DNA of 64,000 bases from positions 608,001-672,000 of the forward strand of contig CAVUCU010000001.1 of assembly GCA_963740085.1 (NCBI GenBank), written 5' to 3'. The position numbers and the translations under genes are program-made. This stretch comes from Nitrospirota bacterium (GTDB lineage: Bacteria; Nitrospirota; UBA9217). Below the pieces are notes generated by a model, which did no database searches, was not told the origin of the DNA, and worked only from the letters and a program-made list of their open reading frames with translations. Of the stretch, positions 18,799 through 27,700 are shown one piece after another (positions within the stretch are counted from its first letter, which is position 1; every line of letters starts with the position of its first letter).

Positions 18799-19353
18799 AT
18801 GGCGCTCAAATCGACCGTATTCAAAGCAGAGCTGCAGATATCAGACACCTGCCGCGGCTACTATCATGACCACAGCCTTACCATCGCCCGCCATCCATCC
18901 GAGAATGACGAGCGCATGATGCTGCGGCTTTTGGCCTTCGCCCTGCACGCGAATGAGTCGCTGGTCTTCGGCGACAGCATCGGAAACGAGGATGAGCCCT
19001 CACTCTGGCAAAAGGACCTTACCGGCGCGATCGGGGTCTGGATCGATGTGGGCCAGCCTGATGAAAAAAGGATCCGCAGGGCCTGCGGACGCGCGGAACA
19101 GGTATTCATTTATACCTACGGCGGCCACGGCGTCGAAGTGTGGTGGGGCCAGATCCGTCAAAATCTCGAACGCTTCGGAAACCTGACCGTGATAGCGCTG
19201 CCCGCACATACCCTCTCAGCACTTGCCGGGATGGCGAAGCGCGGCATGAAGCTGCAATTCACCATACAAGAGCGGCAAATCTGGGTGACTGACGACGTGA
19301 AGACGGTGCATCTGGACCTGACCGGTGCAGAGCTCCTGTCAAGTTCTCCGTAG
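18799..19353 (+). CDS. yaeQ: YaeQ-family protein
   Basis: MALKSTVFKAEL, ARHPSE.DERMM.RLLAF, DEP.LW..DL.G....WIDVGQPDEKR. Confidence 0.9.
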   Translation: MALKSTVFKAELQISDTCRGYYHDHSLTIARHPSENDERMMLRLLAFALHANESLVFGDSIGNEDEPSLWQKDLTGAIGVWIDVGQPDEKRIRRACGRAEQVFIYTYGGHGVEVWWGQIRQNLERFGNLTVIALPAHTLSALAGMAKRGMKLQFTIQERQIWVTDDVKTVHLDLTGAELLSSSP

Positions 19354-19398
19354 TTCCGAGCAGCTGACTTTATGCGTTATGGATCCCGGGCAGTCTGC

Positions 19399-20031
19399 TC
19401 ACCGCCGGGTGACCAGCAACGTGCGCCGTTCGCCGTTCTCCGCCGCCTGCTTCACCTGGGTCCCGCACCCCTCGCCGTACACCAGCTCGATCGTCTCGAC
19501 AAAGCCGGGGCTCAGACTGCGCGAACCCCGCGCTTTCCGGGTATTGCAGTTGAACTGAAAGGCATCGCTGATCACGGCCAGGACCTCTTTGCCTTCCGAG
19601 AAGTGCAGAGGCCAGAGCAGGCAGACCTTCGGCTTCACCTGCTCCAGCGGCAGACCGAGCGCCGCTGCGACGGTGTGCAGGGAGCAGTGCAGCCGGTGAT
19701 GGGACCGGTAGGCGAAAAGACAGAGTCCGTCCTCGTTCGTGTCGATGGAAAAAAGCCCGGGTTCCTCTTCCTCGAACACGTTGTCGTATCCTCCCGCGGT
19801 CAGGAGATGGGGGCAGAACGCGGCGACCTCGGGCAGGACCTTGATGATCCGCTTGACCTCCGCGGTGGTGACGCAGACCTCGTACGAGGAGCAGCAGCAC
19901 CGCTCGCCCCTGGCGCAGCCGTTGCATCGGTTCTCGAGCGACAGGAGCGACTCGACGTCGACCTCCACACTGCTGCGATGATGCTGCTGCGGCCTTTTCT
20001 TGCGGCTCTTTTCCGGACCGTTCGATCTCAT
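19399..20031 (-). CDS. Cys-rich hypothetical protein (YkgJ/DUF3109-like metal-binding)
   Basis: CNGC...CCC, CLF, CSLH, KPKVCLLWP pattern. Confidence 0.6.
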   Translation of the reverse strand: MRSNGPEKSRKKRPQQHHRSSVEVDVESLLSLENRCNGCARGERCCCSSYEVCVTTAEVKRIIKVLPEVAAFCPHLLTAGGYDNVFEEEEPGLFSIDTNEDGLCLFAYRSHHRLHCSLHTVAAALGLPLEQVKPKVCLLWPLHFSEGKEVLAVISDAFQFNCNTRKARGSRSLSPGFVETIELVYGEGCGTQVKQAAENGERRTLLVTRR

Positions 20032-20083
20032 AGGAGTTATGGAAGCGGGGTCGGCATCATGCTGAGTTCAGGGACAGGGGGGC

Positions 20084-20740
20084 TCACTTCTTGTTTTTAA
20101 GAATATCCAGTTCCTTCTTCAACGTGTCGATCTGGACCTGCAGTTCGATCAGGCGATCCGCGATGGGATCGGGAATATTGATGTGGTCCATCAACGCCTC
20201 GTCGGCCACGCGCTCATCCTTGATCCTGACAATTCTCCCCGGTATCCCGACCACGGTTGAATGGTCCGGCACATCCTGAAGCACAACCGAGTTCGCGCCG
20301 ATCTTCACGTAATCGCCGATCCTGATGGGGCCAAGCACCTTGGAGCCCGCGCCCACGACCACGTGGCTGCCGATCGTGGGATGGCGTTTGCCCCTCTGTT
20401 TCCCCGTCCCGCCGAGGGTCACGCCCTGAAACAGGGTGACGTTGTCGCCGATCTCGGTGGTCTCGCCGATCACCACGCCCATACCGTGGTCGATGAACAG
20501 GGCTGAACCGATGACGGCCCCCGGATGGATCTCGATGCCGGTGAGGAGCCTCGCAAACTGCGACAATGCACGGGGGAAAAAAGGAACGCGCTTTCTGCTC
20601 AACCAGTGCGCGAACCGGTAAAAGAGGAGCGCATGGAAGCCGGCATAGGTAAGGAAAACCTCGACCCTGCTCGTGGCTGCCGGGTCCATGGAGAGCGCCG
20701 CGTTAAAGTCTTTTTTTATTTTTTGAAAGGTTTCGAGCAT
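20084..20740 (-). CDS. cysE: Serine O-acetyltransferase
   Basis: DPAA, GIEIHPGA, FIDHGMGVVIGET, GVTLGGTG...KRHPT hexapeptide repeats; start probably 20740. Confidence 0.93.
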   Translation of the reverse strand: MLETFQKIKKDFNAALSMDPAATSRVEVFLTYAGFHALLFYRFAHWLSRKRVPFFPRALSQFARLLTGIEIHPGAVIGSALFIDHGMGVVIGETTEIGDNVTLFQGVTLGGTGKQRGKRHPTIGSHVVVGAGSKVLGPIRIGDYVKIGANSVVLQDVPDHSTVVGIPGRIVRIKDERVADEALMDHINIPDPIADRLIELQVQIDTLKKELDILKNKK

Positions 20741-20829
20741 CCCTGGTTTCGAATTGCCGAAATACGTGCCTGGTTTGGTTTTTGGCTTCTGCTCAGCGAT
20801 CTGCAATCCGAACTCCGCAATCGCTGGCC

Positions 20830-21408
20830 CTATTCTCTCAGCCATCCCGGCGGAATGCCCGCCTTCCGCGCCTGCTCCGGGATATCAACGTTGATATCCT
20901 TTCTGGCATCGTCAATCTCCTTCTGCACATCCTTCATCTCCTGCTCAACCTTGTCCGCCTCGATGCGTTCATCAAGCCTGCCGGACGCCGGACCTCCCCA
21001 ACTCCGAATCAGTTCGTCTCTTCGCCCGACGAGTTCCTGGTATCGTTTTTCAGAGTCTGCAAGCCGCTCCCTCGCATCCCTCATGCGCTGCTGCCATGCG
21101 GCTTTAGCCGCAGCATCTGCAGCCTCGGATGCAGCTTCCGATGGATAGCCTGACTCCTGGGGCTTATTCTGCCCTTGATCAATGTCTTCCTCTGTCGGCT
21201 GTCTTAATTTTATCGCCTTATCGCGGTATTTCTTCGGGACCTTACCCAGACCATCGGTGATATGAACAACGCCCTTTGAATCGGTCCATTGATAGAGGAA
21301 GCTTTTTTTGAGTTCCTTGTCCTCGGTCGGCGCCTGCTGGCCGGTTTGAGCATGGACCGTGAGTGCAAAGCTCATCAGCATCAGTATGAAAAGAAGACTT
21401 TTCGACAT
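20830..21408 (-). CDS. Secreted DUF4124-like protein
   Basis: Signal peptide, YQWTDSKGVVHITD, coiled coil, ARKAGIPPGWLR end. Confidence 0.7.
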   Translation of the reverse strand: MSKSLLFILMLMSFALTVHAQTGQQAPTEDKELKKSFLYQWTDSKGVVHITDGLGKVPKKYRDKAIKLRQPTEEDIDQGQNKPQESGYPSEAASEAADAAAKAAWQQRMRDARERLADSEKRYQELVGRRDELIRSWGGPASGRLDERIEADKVEQEMKDVQKEIDDARKDINVDIPEQARKAGIPPGWLRE

Positions 21409-21411
21409 AGA

Positions 21412-21891
21412 TCACTCTACCTTCCTGATCAAGGCCACGGCATACGCTGCCATGCCCTCGTCCCTTCCCGCGAAGCCGAGTCCCTCGGTCGTCGTGGCCT
21501 TCACGTTGACGGCGGACCGGTCCACCTTGATCGCCTCGGCGATGTTCGTGACCATGGCGGGGATATGCGGCGCCATCTTCGGCTTTTCTGCGACGATGGT
21601 CGCATCAACGTTGTGCACCCGGAACCCGGCCTCGGCAAGCAGCCGCCGCACCTCTTCGAGGAGCATGAGGCTTGAGATGTCCTTGTATATCGGCGCCGTG
21701 TCGGGGAAGTGCCTGCCGATGTCCCCGAGACCGGCTGCGCCGAGCATCGCATCGCAGATTGCGTGGAGCAGCACGTCCGCGTCCGAGTGCCCGAACAGCC
21801 CCTTTTCACAGGGAATGTCCACGCCGCCGAGCATCAGTTTCCTGCCCGCTACAAGGCGGTGGACGTCATAGCCGGTTCCAATCCTCATCAT
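21412..21891 (-). CDS. ispF: 2-C-methyl-D-erythritol 2,4-cyclodiphosphate synthase
   Basis: [36 protein letters not shown]. Confidence 0.96.
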   Translation of the reverse strand: MMRIGTGYDVHRLVAGRKLMLGGVDIPCEKGLFGHSDADVLLHAICDAMLGAAGLGDIGRHFPDTAPIYKDISSLMLLEEVRRLLAEAGFRVHNVDATIVAEKPKMAPHIPAMVTNIAEAIKVDRSAVNVKATTTEGLGFAGRDEGMAAYAVALIRKVE

Positions 21892-22580
21892 TGCCTTCTC
21901 TTCAGGATCTCCTCCGCGAGGATCAGGTCCTCGGGCGTGGTGATCTTGATGTTCTCGTAGCTCCCCATGATCACCCGCACCGTGCCGCCCGTCCGCTCCA
22001 CGAGCGTGGCATCGTCGGTCCCGAACATTTTCAGCTTGTATGATTCCTCGTAAGCGCGCCTGAGTATCTTGACCGGAAAGGCCTGCGGCGTCTGGATCGC
22101 CCAGAGACTCCCCCGCTCCAGCGTGCGGCGCACGATCTTGTTCTCATCCACTTCCTTGATCGTGTCCTTGATCGGCACGCCCACGGCGATGCATTCGCCT
22201 TTTTTCGCGAGATCGACGGCTTCCCTGATCATTTCAGGTGACACAAAGGGCCGTACGCCGTCATGAACGAGCACGACTGCCGTGTCCTTCCCGATCTTCT
22301 GCAAACCGTGCAGCACGGAATCCTGTCGCTCCTTGCCTCCCACGACCAAGGTCTTTACCTTGGTGATCTGGTACGGTTCGATCACATCGCGCAGACAGCC
22401 CTCCACGTCTTCCCGGGAGAGAATGGGGATGATCTCATCGATCTCCGAAGCTCGTTGGAACGCGAGCAGGGTATGTGCCAGCAAGGGCTTGCCGCCGAGC
22501 AACAAAAACTGCTTCGCCACGGTCTTGCCCATCCGCCTGCCCGTGCCCGCCGCCGGTATAAGTACGGTCACCTTCGACAT
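21888..22580 (-). CDS. ispD: 2-C-methyl-D-erythritol 4-phosphate cytidylyltransferase
   Basis: [42 protein letters not shown]. Confidence 0.96.
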   Translation of the reverse strand: MSKVTVLIPAAGTGRRMGKTVAKQFLLLGGKPLLAHTLLAFQRASEIDEIIPILSREDVEGCLRDVIEPYQITKVKTLVVGGKERQDSVLHGLQKIGKDTAVVLVHDGVRPFVSPEMIREAVDLAKKGECIAVGVPIKDTIKEVDENKIVRRTLERGSLWAIQTPQAFPVKILRRAYEESYKLKMFGTDDATLVERTGGTVRVIMGSYENIKITTPEDLILAEEILKRRQ

Positions 22581-22629
22581 AGAACCTCATGAGGTGAAAA
22601 GCTCCAAATGACAAACGACAAATATCAAC

Positions 22630-22805
22630 GGGTTGTTGAAAAACAATGTTACGGTCACCCTGAACCCTTCACTTTGTCTTTCTGAAGGAGCGAAGCGACT
22701 GAAGAATCTCTCGTTCAGGGTAAACCCGGGAAGGACCTCTCCTCTGCCTGGAAGCGAGATTCTTCGCTGCGCTCAGAATGACAAATCAGGCGATTTTCAG
22801 CTTCT
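22630..22805. repeat. REP/MITE-like palindromic element
   Basis: gtc..ctgaagga gcgaagcgactgaagaatctc ... gagattcttcgctgcgctcagaatgac inverted arms; outer gttgaaaa/ttttcagc. Confidence 0.65.
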
Positions 22806-22863
22806 TACGAGTGCATCCTGATGGATGAGCGCGATTTGATGATATCCGCAGCTTCGGCAGTAT

Positions 22864-23790
22864 TTACTTCTTGTAGTTCTTCACCGTGATCTTGAACCGC
22901 TTTGCGATCGGCACTTCCATGTCGATCGCGACTCGGATCTGAAACTGGTCCTCCCGGTTTCTGCTGGCCACATCAAAAGGCAGGATGATGATCTGGCTGC
23001 CCTCCATAAATGGCTTCCCCAAATCCACCTTTATCCCCGCGTCCACGGCCTTTTCGAGCGCCGCCATCTCCGGTTTGGCCTCTGCCATGGGCGCGCCGGG
23101 CATTGACGGCTCCTGCGGGGGCATAGTCGACTTGAGCTCCGACGGCGGGAGCGGTTTTCCCTCTTCCTTGCCGAGAATGTCACCGAGCGTGAAGTTGTGG
23201 TGCTCGGGATGTTTCTGCATGTCCTGGAGCACCTGTTTGGAAATAGCGGTGAAGGTTTTCAGTACACCCTCGCCGGTCGTCGCGACCGCCTCGTAGAAGG
23301 GTACATGGCGGGGATTTATCGCCGCATTCAGTTTCTCGACCGAGAGGATGTCAGGAAGGTCCCGCTTGTTATACTGGATCACCATGGGGAAATTGGACAA
23401 GTTGATCCCCTGATCGTGTAAATTATCGCGGAGGTTCGCGATGCTCTCGAGGTTCGCATCGAGCATGGCGGTTTGCGAGTCGGCAACGAAGATCACGCCA
23501 TCTGCCCCTTTAAGCACGAGCTTGCGCGTCGCATTGTAGAAGACCTGGCCCGGTACGGTATAGAGATGGAATCGCACCTTGTAGTTCTTGATCGTGCCGA
23601 GCTCGACGGGGAGAAAGTCGAAGAACAGCGTCCGGTCCGTTTCGGTCGCAAGCGAGATCAGCTTGCCGCGCTGTCCGGGGGCAATGCGATGGAAGATCAT
23701 ATGGATGTTCGATGTCTTGCCGCAGAGCCCCGGTCCGTAGTAAACGATCTTCGCGTTGATTTCCCGTGTTTGATGATTAACTAATGCCAT
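22864..23790 (-). CDS. MglA-family small GTPase with C-terminal extension
   Basis: KIVYYGPGLCGKT, DRTLFFDF, TVPGQVFY, NKRD; about 110 extra C-terminal residues; no adjacent mglB. Confidence 0.88.
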   Translation of the reverse strand: MALVNHQTREINAKIVYYGPGLCGKTSNIHMIFHRIAPGQRGKLISLATETDRTLFFDFLPVELGTIKNYKVRFHLYTVPGQVFYNATRKLVLKGADGVIFVADSQTAMLDANLESIANLRDNLHDQGINLSNFPMVIQYNKRDLPDILSVEKLNAAINPRHVPFYEAVATTGEGVLKTFTAISKQVLQDMQKHPEHHNFTLGDILGKEEGKPLPPSELKSTMPPQEPSMPGAPMAEAKPEMAALEKAVDAGIKVDLGKPFMEGSQIIILPFDVASRNREDQFQIRVAIDMEVPIAKRFKITVKNYKK

Positions 23791-23848
23791 GGCCTCATAA
23801 TTACATAAAAAAAAAGGGATGTCAATACTGGGAGTCGATACCCGGGGA

Positions 23849-24667
23849 TCAGGGCCGTCGGGACGCGAGGATGTTCAGCGCCATTACGTGCGTCGCATCG
23901 TTCTTGCTTGCGAGCAGCGGCGCGGTCCGTCCGAGTCCCGCGACAATGTGGTCGAGTGATGTGCCTTCGAGATCGGTTATCACGCCGTCCGCTTCTTCAA
24001 GGATCAGCATCCCTGCCGCGTAATCAAAAGCGCGAGAGGCCGTTGCCGTGGCGAACACGCTGATGGCTCCGGAAGCGAGGTAGGAAAGGTCGAGGGCAGT
24101 GGACCCGAAGCACCGTGTGCGCTTAGCCTCCGTGAGAAGCGGCATGAGGACAGGCAGGTCGGTCTTCGGCGATGAAGCTTCGTAAGCCACGATGGTGATG
24201 CCCTGAGTGGCCGCGGTCCTGATCCGCTTGCCGTTCTTGTACGCACCCTGGGCGCGTACGGCCCAGAACTCGTCGCCCACGGCGAGATTGACGACATACC
24301 CCACGGCCAGCGTGGAAAGCGTTTCATCGTTCAAGAGCGCCAGCGACGTGGAAAAGAACGGGATCCCGCTCTTGGCATTGTTGCTCCCGTCAATGGGGTC
24401 CACGAGCACGATCTTCTTTCCGTCGCCGAACTTCCTGATGCCGAGCTCTTCGGAGATAAGCGTAAAGGATTCGCCCTGCCGGTGCGCCTTTACGAGCGCG
24501 GCAATGACGATATCCTCGGCCCACTTGTCCACGGGGAAGGTCTTGTCCCCGCCGGCGCCCTTCCCGAGCGGTACCATGCCGCCTTCTCTCGCGAGGATGA
24601 CGGACAAACCGTCGCGCATTTTTTTGCCGATGCCTTTGAATACTTCCAGCCATCCGTTATCAGTCAT
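23849..24667 (-). CDS. Inositol monophosphatase / FBPase-IMPase family
   Basis: DK.AE, ISEE, VDPIDGS.N, GS.ALDL, FDYAAG. Confidence 0.88.
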   Translation of the reverse strand: MTDNGWLEVFKGIGKKMRDGLSVILAREGGMVPLGKGAGGDKTFPVDKWAEDIVIAALVKAHRQGESFTLISEELGIRKFGDGKKIVLVDPIDGSNNAKSGIPFFSTSLALLNDETLSTLAVGYVVNLAVGDEFWAVRAQGAYKNGKRIRTAATQGITIVAYEASSPKTDLPVLMPLLTEAKRTRCFGSTALDLSYLASGAISVFATATASRAFDYAAGMLILEEADGVITDLEGTSLDHIVAGLGRTAPLLASKNDATHVMALNILASRRP

Positions 24668-24699
24668 TGATAAACTCCTTGTTGGGTGAAGGTAATTGT

Positions 24700-24734
24700 G
24701 GGTACAGGGTTCAGGGTACAGGGGTCAGGGTAAA
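24700..24734. repeat. 7-mer tandem array (gggtaca gggttca gggtaca ggggtca gggtaaa), downstream arm of the four-helix-bundle element
   Basis: Five 7-nt units read directly. Confidence 0.8.
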
Positions 24735-24751
24735 GCGACGACAGACAATAA

Positions 24752-25114
24752 TCAAGATAATGATTTAATCAGCCCTTGAAGCATTTTCATCGTTTCATCT
24801 CTCGTAGTATTTATTTGATCAAACTCTGTGACTGGTATATAGCCGATATCTCGTGCTAACAATAAATAAGTATCAAGTTCTCCTAATGAACCCTTTGCAA
24901 TAAATAAGAATTGAAGATACTCTTTTCTATGATTCCGTTCATAACCCTCTGCGATATTAGCCGGAACTGACGCCGCAGCTCTCCGAATCTGAGATGTTAA
25001 GCTGAAAATCTCCTCTTTCGGGAATTTCTTTGTTGTACGATATAGGTTAAGTGTCAACTCATAGGCGCGCTGCCATACCTTCAAATCCCTGAATCCCGTT
25101 ATTTTCTTCTCCAT
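24752..25114 (-). CDS. Four-helix-bundle protein (23S rRNA IVP / S23 family)
   Basis: F.DL.VWQ, FPKEE.F.LTSQIRRAA.SVPANIAEG, FL.IAKGSL.E; visibly more AT-rich than its neighbours. Confidence 0.92.
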   Translation of the reverse strand: MEKKITGFRDLKVWQRAYELTLNLYRTTKKFPKEEIFSLTSQIRRAAASVPANIAEGYERNHRKEYLQFLFIAKGSLGELDTYLLLARDIGYIPVTEFDQINTTRDETMKMLQGLIKSLS

Positions 25115-25141
25115 CGCCTCACCTGCGTATGAAAATTTTCC

Positions 25142-25207
25142 CGAACCCTGTCCCCTGCACCCTGAACCCTATGTTTTCCTGTCCCCTGCGCCCTGAACCC
25201 TGACCCC
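25142..25207. repeat. 7-mer tandem arrays (tgaaccc/tgtcccc/tgacccc), upstream arm, reverse-complementary to 24700-24734
   Basis: Eight units in two blocks; the second block lies within the last uvrC codons. Confidence 0.8.
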
Positions 25208-27022
25208 TCTATAGTAGTTCGTTATTCCTTCTGCTGCTTTCTTCGACATCCCCTTTACTGCGGCCAGTTCATCGGTGGTTGACTGCTTGATCTTCTCCAG
25301 ACTCCCGAAATGGCGAAGCAGCGCCTTTTTCCTTGCCTCGCCGATGCCGGGAATATCGTCAAGCTCGGACTTGATAGCCCGCTTCTCGCGCAGCTTCCGG
25401 TGGTAGGCGATCGCGAAGCGGTGCGCTTCGTCGCGCACACGCGCGACCAGGTGTGTGGTCTGGCCCGTGGGCTCGAGGATGATCGGCTCGTCCACGCCGG
25501 GCAGGAAGACCCTTTCGAACTCCTGCTCAAATCCCTCCCGCCCGCTCCGCGCCTTGGCAAGACCGATAACATCGGGCCCTTCGATCCCGAGCTCCCTCAG
25601 CACCTCGAGCGCCGCGTTCAACTGGCCTTTGCCGCCGTCGATCAGGATCAGGTCAGGCAGTATACCCTCTTCTTTTGCCCTTGTATAGCGCCGTCTGATC
25701 ACCTCTGCCACGCTCGCGAAGTCATCCTGGCCCTGGACGCTCTTGATCTTGAACCGCTTGTAGTTCCGCTTGTGCGGCAGGTTGTCCTCGAAGGACACCA
25801 TGCTGGCGACCGCTTCGGTGCCCTGGATGTTCGAGATGTCGAACGCCTCGATCCTGCGGGGAAGGTTCCTGAGCCCCAGCTCTTCCTGGAGGCGCAACAG
25901 GACCCGCTCCTTGCTCTTGCGCGAGAGCAGGTGCTCGCGAAGCGACTGGCCCGCATTGTCCGATGCCATCTGGACCAGTTCGCGCTTCCTGCCCCGCTGC
26001 GGCACGAGAACCTCCGCCTTCGCTCCGCGCTTCTCCGTGAGCCAAACCTCGAACAGCTCCCGGTCAGGCACGTCAAAAGGGAGAAGCACCTCCGCGGGCA
26101 CGATCATCTCCTTTGCGTAGAACTGGCGCAGAAAATCGGCCATGACTTCCTCGTCCTCCATGCCGTGCACGTCGGGGATGGTGAAATCTTTTCTGCCGAG
26201 CAGCATGCCGTTCCGGATAAAGAGCGTCTGGATGTTCGCGTGGCCTCCTTCAGAGACCATCCCGATCACGTCCTGGTTCTCAAATCCCGGCGAGATGATC
26301 TTCTGCTTTTCAAAGGCCCCTTCGATCTTCGCGATCCGGTCACGCAGCTCCGCCGCGCGCTCATACTCCATCATTTCCGATGCCACTGCCATGCGCTGCT
26401 TCAGCAGGTCGAGCAGGTCCCGATTCTTGCCTTCGAGGAACAGGCGCACCTGGCCGACCACGTCGCGGTACGCTTCCTTGTCCACCTCACCCGAGCACGG
26501 CGCCATGCACCTGCCGATCTGATTCTGCACGCACGGTCGCTCGGGCCTGTCTTTTTTGAACTCCTTCCTGCACGTTGCGAGAGGGAAAGTACGCCGGATC
26601 AGCGAAAGCAGCTCCCACATTCCTCCCGCGGGGACATAGGGGCCGTAGTAGAGCGCGCCGTCCTTCTTCAGGCCCCGGACCACGTCGAGGCGGGGATACT
26701 CTGCCTTGATGTCGAACCGGAGATAAGGATAGTTCTTGTCGTCTCGGAGGATGATGTTGTAACGGGGGTGGTGCTTCTTGATAAGGGTGGACTCCAGGAT
26801 CAGCGCCTCGAGCTCGGTGTGGGTAATAATGGTCTCGATGTCGGCGATCTGGCGGACCAGCATCTCGGTCTTTTCTCCCACGGCGCCCTTCTGAAAGTAC
26901 GAGCGCACCCGGTTCCAAAGGGAGAGGGCCTTGCCGATGTAGATCACGTGACCCTTTACATCCTTCATGAGGTAGACGCCCGGCGAATCCGGAAGATTCT
27001 GAAGTTTTTCTTCGAGGTTCAT
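25169..27022 (-). CDS. uvrC: Excinuclease ABC subunit C
   Basis: LPDSPGVYLM GIY-YIG, IEAFDISN, DDFA, IDGGKGQL, RDEAHRFA, HhH. Confidence 0.97.
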   Translation of the reverse strand: MNLEEKLQNLPDSPGVYLMKDVKGHVIYIGKALSLWNRVRSYFQKGAVGEKTEMLVRQIADIETIITHTELEALILESTLIKKHHPRYNIILRDDKNYPYLRFDIKAEYPRLDVVRGLKKDGALYYGPYVPAGGMWELLSLIRRTFPLATCRKEFKKDRPERPCVQNQIGRCMAPCSGEVDKEAYRDVVGQVRLFLEGKNRDLLDLLKQRMAVASEMMEYERAAELRDRIAKIEGAFEKQKIISPGFENQDVIGMVSEGGHANIQTLFIRNGMLLGRKDFTIPDVHGMEDEEVMADFLRQFYAKEMIVPAEVLLPFDVPDRELFEVWLTEKRGAKAEVLVPQRGRKRELVQMASDNAGQSLREHLLSRKSKERVLLRLQEELGLRNLPRRIEAFDISNIQGTEAVASMVSFEDNLPHKRNYKRFKIKSVQGQDDFASVAEVIRRRYTRAKEEGILPDLILIDGGKGQLNAALEVLRELGIEGPDVIGLAKARSGREGFEQEFERVFLPGVDEPIILEPTGQTTHLVARVRDEAHRFAIAYHRKLREKRAIKSELDDIPGIGEARKKALLRHFGSLEKIKQSTTDELAAVKGMSKKAAEGITNYYRGVRVQGAGDRKT

Positions 27023-27311
27023 GGCGGGGTTATTTTACCATGGATTTTCCCGAGAGAAACTAAGATATTTTGAGTAAATACGAATAAATTACGGGGTGTA
27101 TCCGGATTACCTCCCGCTGTCCGGCGCTGTTTAATCTCTCATCGGACATTCGTCGTAAGAAGGTACAAAATTGTCGAAGTCATAAAAAATAACAAAATCA
27201 AAATGTTGATCAAGAAAGACCGGAAAACCAATCGACATTTTTTTCCGGCCACTTCCTCGCCTAGGCATTAATAATACATGGAAATACTGCAAAACCAGTA
27301 CGTTATGGGTT

Positions 27312-27327
27312 TGGCACGTATGTTGTA
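27312..27327 (+). promoter_or_regulatory. Candidate sigma54 promoter of the rhodanese-TolC-RND operon
   Basis: TGGCAC-GTATG-TTGTA, 35 nt upstream of ATG; the -12 reads TTGT rather than TTGC. Confidence 0.55.
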
Positions 27328-27361
27328 ATAGAAAGGACAAAGAGAACATTCCGGAGGGAAT

Positions 27362-27700
27362 ATGTTTTTCAACAGCAGCCAAAACAGGAACATCGGGCCC
27401 GACGAACTTAGCAAACGATTGAATGCAGGTGAGGATATTCTTCTGCTCGATGTACGCACACCGCAGGAGAACGCCTCGCAGGCGATCGCGGGGTCTTATC
27501 TGATCCCCCTCCAGGAACTCGGGCGCCGAATGGACGAACTGCCTAAAATGAAAGAGATCGTGGTGTATTGCAGGATCGGGAACAGAAGCGCCTATGCGTG
27601 TTCCTTTCTTGAGCGCATGGGATACAAGGTAAAAAATCTTGAAGGCGGGATCATGACATGGAATTTTTCCGAAAATGTTTCGATAACCAGGGCATCATAA
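27362..27700 (+). CDS. Single-domain rhodanese
   Basis: LLDVRT..E, IVVYCRIGNRS, NLEGG..W. Confidence 0.9.
   Translation: MFFNSSQNRNIGPDELSKRLNAGEDILLLDVRTPQENASQAIAGSYLIPLQELGRRMDELPKMKEIVVYCRIGNRSAYACSFLERMGYKVKNLEGGIMTWNFSENVSITRAS

Noticed and set aside
25310-27073. 587-aa plus-strand ORF
   Set aside because: Antisense shadow of uvrC with no motifs; typical of GC-rich coding DNA
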